A stretch of 59,412 bases of DNA, taken from the NCBI GenBank assembly GCA_903844115.1, contig CAIMSI010000007.1:1-59412 (forward strand), read 5' to 3'. The translations under genes and the position numbers were made by a program. Below, one piece after another: positions 58,485 through 59,412 of this stretch (position 1 is the stretch's first letter; every line of letters starts with the position of its first letter). This stretch comes from an uncultured Actinomycetes bacterium (lineage in GTDB: Bacteria > Actinomycetota > Actinomycetes > Nanopelagicales > Nanopelagicaceae). The notes beneath the pieces were generated by a model. That model saw only the letters and a list, made by a program, of their open reading frames with translations, was not told where the DNA came from and did no database searches.

Positions 58485-59210
58485 ATGAAACTCAAAGCTC
58501 TTGTTATGGAATTTATTGGAACCGCACTGCTCGCAGCGGCTATCATTGGCGCAGGTTTCATGGCCCTTACAAAGACCCAAGATCCCATGCTTTCATTAGT
58601 GGTTAATGGCTTTGCCGCCGCCGCTGTGCTTGCAGTAATTATTCGCCTTGGTTCAAAGGTCAGCGGATCTCATTACAACCCAGCAGTTACCCTTGGGCTC
58701 TTCTTGTCTAAGAAAATTGATGCAGCCACCGCTGGGCTTTACATTATTGCTCAAATTGCAGGTGGCGCCGCCGGAGCAGCTCTTGCGAATACGATGTATC
58801 ACAGTTACGGCACGAAGATTTTCCCTATTTCAACAGTGGCACTCACAAGTGGATATCTTCTTGTTAGCGAAGTTCTCTCAACGGCGGTACTTGTTTGGAT
58901 AGTTCTTCGAAATGCTAAGAATGCCAACAAAGTCGCCACCTTCGTTCCGCTCTGGATTTTTAGTGCATATTTCTTCACATCGTCTTCTACCTTTGCCAAT
59001 CCTGCGGCAACCATCGGTCGTATTTTTACCCAATCCTCCTCAGGTATTGCCCCAGCATCGGCCTTGCGCTTTGTAGCGGCTCAATTCGTTGGAGCGGCAA
59101 TCGGCTGGCTCTTGCACTCTTATCTCACTGAGGAAAAAGTGGAAAGAGAAGAAAAAGAAGTTGTTGAATCAGAAATCTCACAGGAAAGTGCTTCAGATCC
59201 TTCACTTTAA
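58485..59210 (+). CDS. MIP-family channel (aquaporin/glycerol facilitator-like)
   Basis: 241 aa with two NPA motifs (HYNPAVTLG and FANPAATIG), six TM segments and an acidic C-terminal tail. Confidence 0.9.
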   Translation: MKLKALVMEFIGTALLAAAIIGAGFMALTKTQDPMLSLVVNGFAAAAVLAVIIRLGSKVSGSHYNPAVTLGLFLSKKIDAATAGLYIIAQIAGGAAGAALANTMYHSYGTKIFPISTVALTSGYLLVSEVLSTAVLVWIVLRNAKNANKVATFVPLWIFSAYFFTSSSTFANPAATIGRIFTQSSSGIAPASALRFVAAQFVGAAIGWLLHSYLTEEKVEREEKEVVESEISQESASDPSL

Positions 59211-59230
59211 CTGATCTACGCTTGGAGTTA

Positions 59231-59269
59231 GCGGGGAAATCGAAAAGATTTCCTCGCTTCTCTCTTTTT
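59231..59269 (+). terminator. Rho-independent terminator after the MIP channel gene
   Basis: GCGGGGAAATC-GAAAA-GATTTCCTCGC forms an 11-bp stem (one G.U) and is followed by TTCTCTCTTTTT. Confidence 0.8.
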
Positions 59270-59332
59270 AAAGAGCAAACTTCCAGGTTAGTAGGAGACA
59301 ATAACTACCCAACCTGATGATCGGAGAATCTG

Positions 59333-59412
59333 ATGGATTTTCGAATTCTGACGCGCGACCTTACGCCCTTTGAGCATCTCACCGCAGAACACATGTGCGA
59401 TGGTTTATCAAA
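59333..59412 (+). CDS. 5' fragment of an unidentified CDS running off the window
   Basis: ATG preceded by GGAGAA at -11 to -6. Translation MDFRILTRDLTPFEHLTAEHMCDGLS... is too short to assign. Confidence 0.35.
   Translation, partial: MDFRILTRDLTPFEHLTAEHMCDGLS

Noticed and set aside
59284-59316. Interrupted 10-bp hairpin (CAGGTTaGTAG...CTACccAACCTG) in the leader of the last partial gene
   Set aside because: It is plausible as a regulatory stem, but the downstream gene is unidentified and truncated, so no interpretation is possible from this window.

Overview
Core chromosomal segment of an actinobacterium. Gene order follows the Streptomyces/Mycobacterium pattern: BCAA-ABC/pdtaR/pyk/gltBD, then lgt-trp-his, dnaE-rluD-lspA-ileS, and the ftsZ-to-mraZ dcw cluster. 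By eye it is only moderately GC-rich and very compact, with many 1-, 4- and 8-nt start/stop overlaps, which suggests a streamlined lineage. On the minus strand: livM'/livH, a solute-binding protein, the ANTAR regulator PdtaR, one tRNA, pyk, gltD/gltB, a VIT transporter, lgt, a DsbA-like protein, trpABC, a 48-aa ORF, trpE, hisI/F/A/H/B/C/D, dnaE, rluD, lspA and a DdbA-like DksA/histone fusion. ileS is on the plus strand. Back on the minus strand: yggT-sepF-yggS-pgeF-ftsZ-ftsQ-murC-murG-ftsW-murD-mraY-murF-murE-ftsI-ftsL-rsmH-mraZ. The rest is a divergent ABC-2 exporter, a minus-strand DUF3040-dinB-dnaE2-miniprotein operon, then TauE and an aquaporin. I saw no rRNA, CRISPR array, transposase or prophage. 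The points most worth a second look are: (1) a mutagenesis operon behind a perfect LexA box plus a RecA-NDp/PafBC-type promoter, built as ImuB-C-like miniprotein, DnaE2, catalytically intact Y-family polymerase and DUF3040, with no imuA'/imuB; (2) a class-I, short-variable-loop tRNA with the leucine anticodon CAA that ends 1 nt before the pdtaR start codon; (3) hisF interrupted by an in-frame TAG at a conserved Tyr codon; (4) about ten short tandem repeats (4-12 bp units), nearly all just upstream of start codons; (5) no divIVA at its conserved position after yggT.
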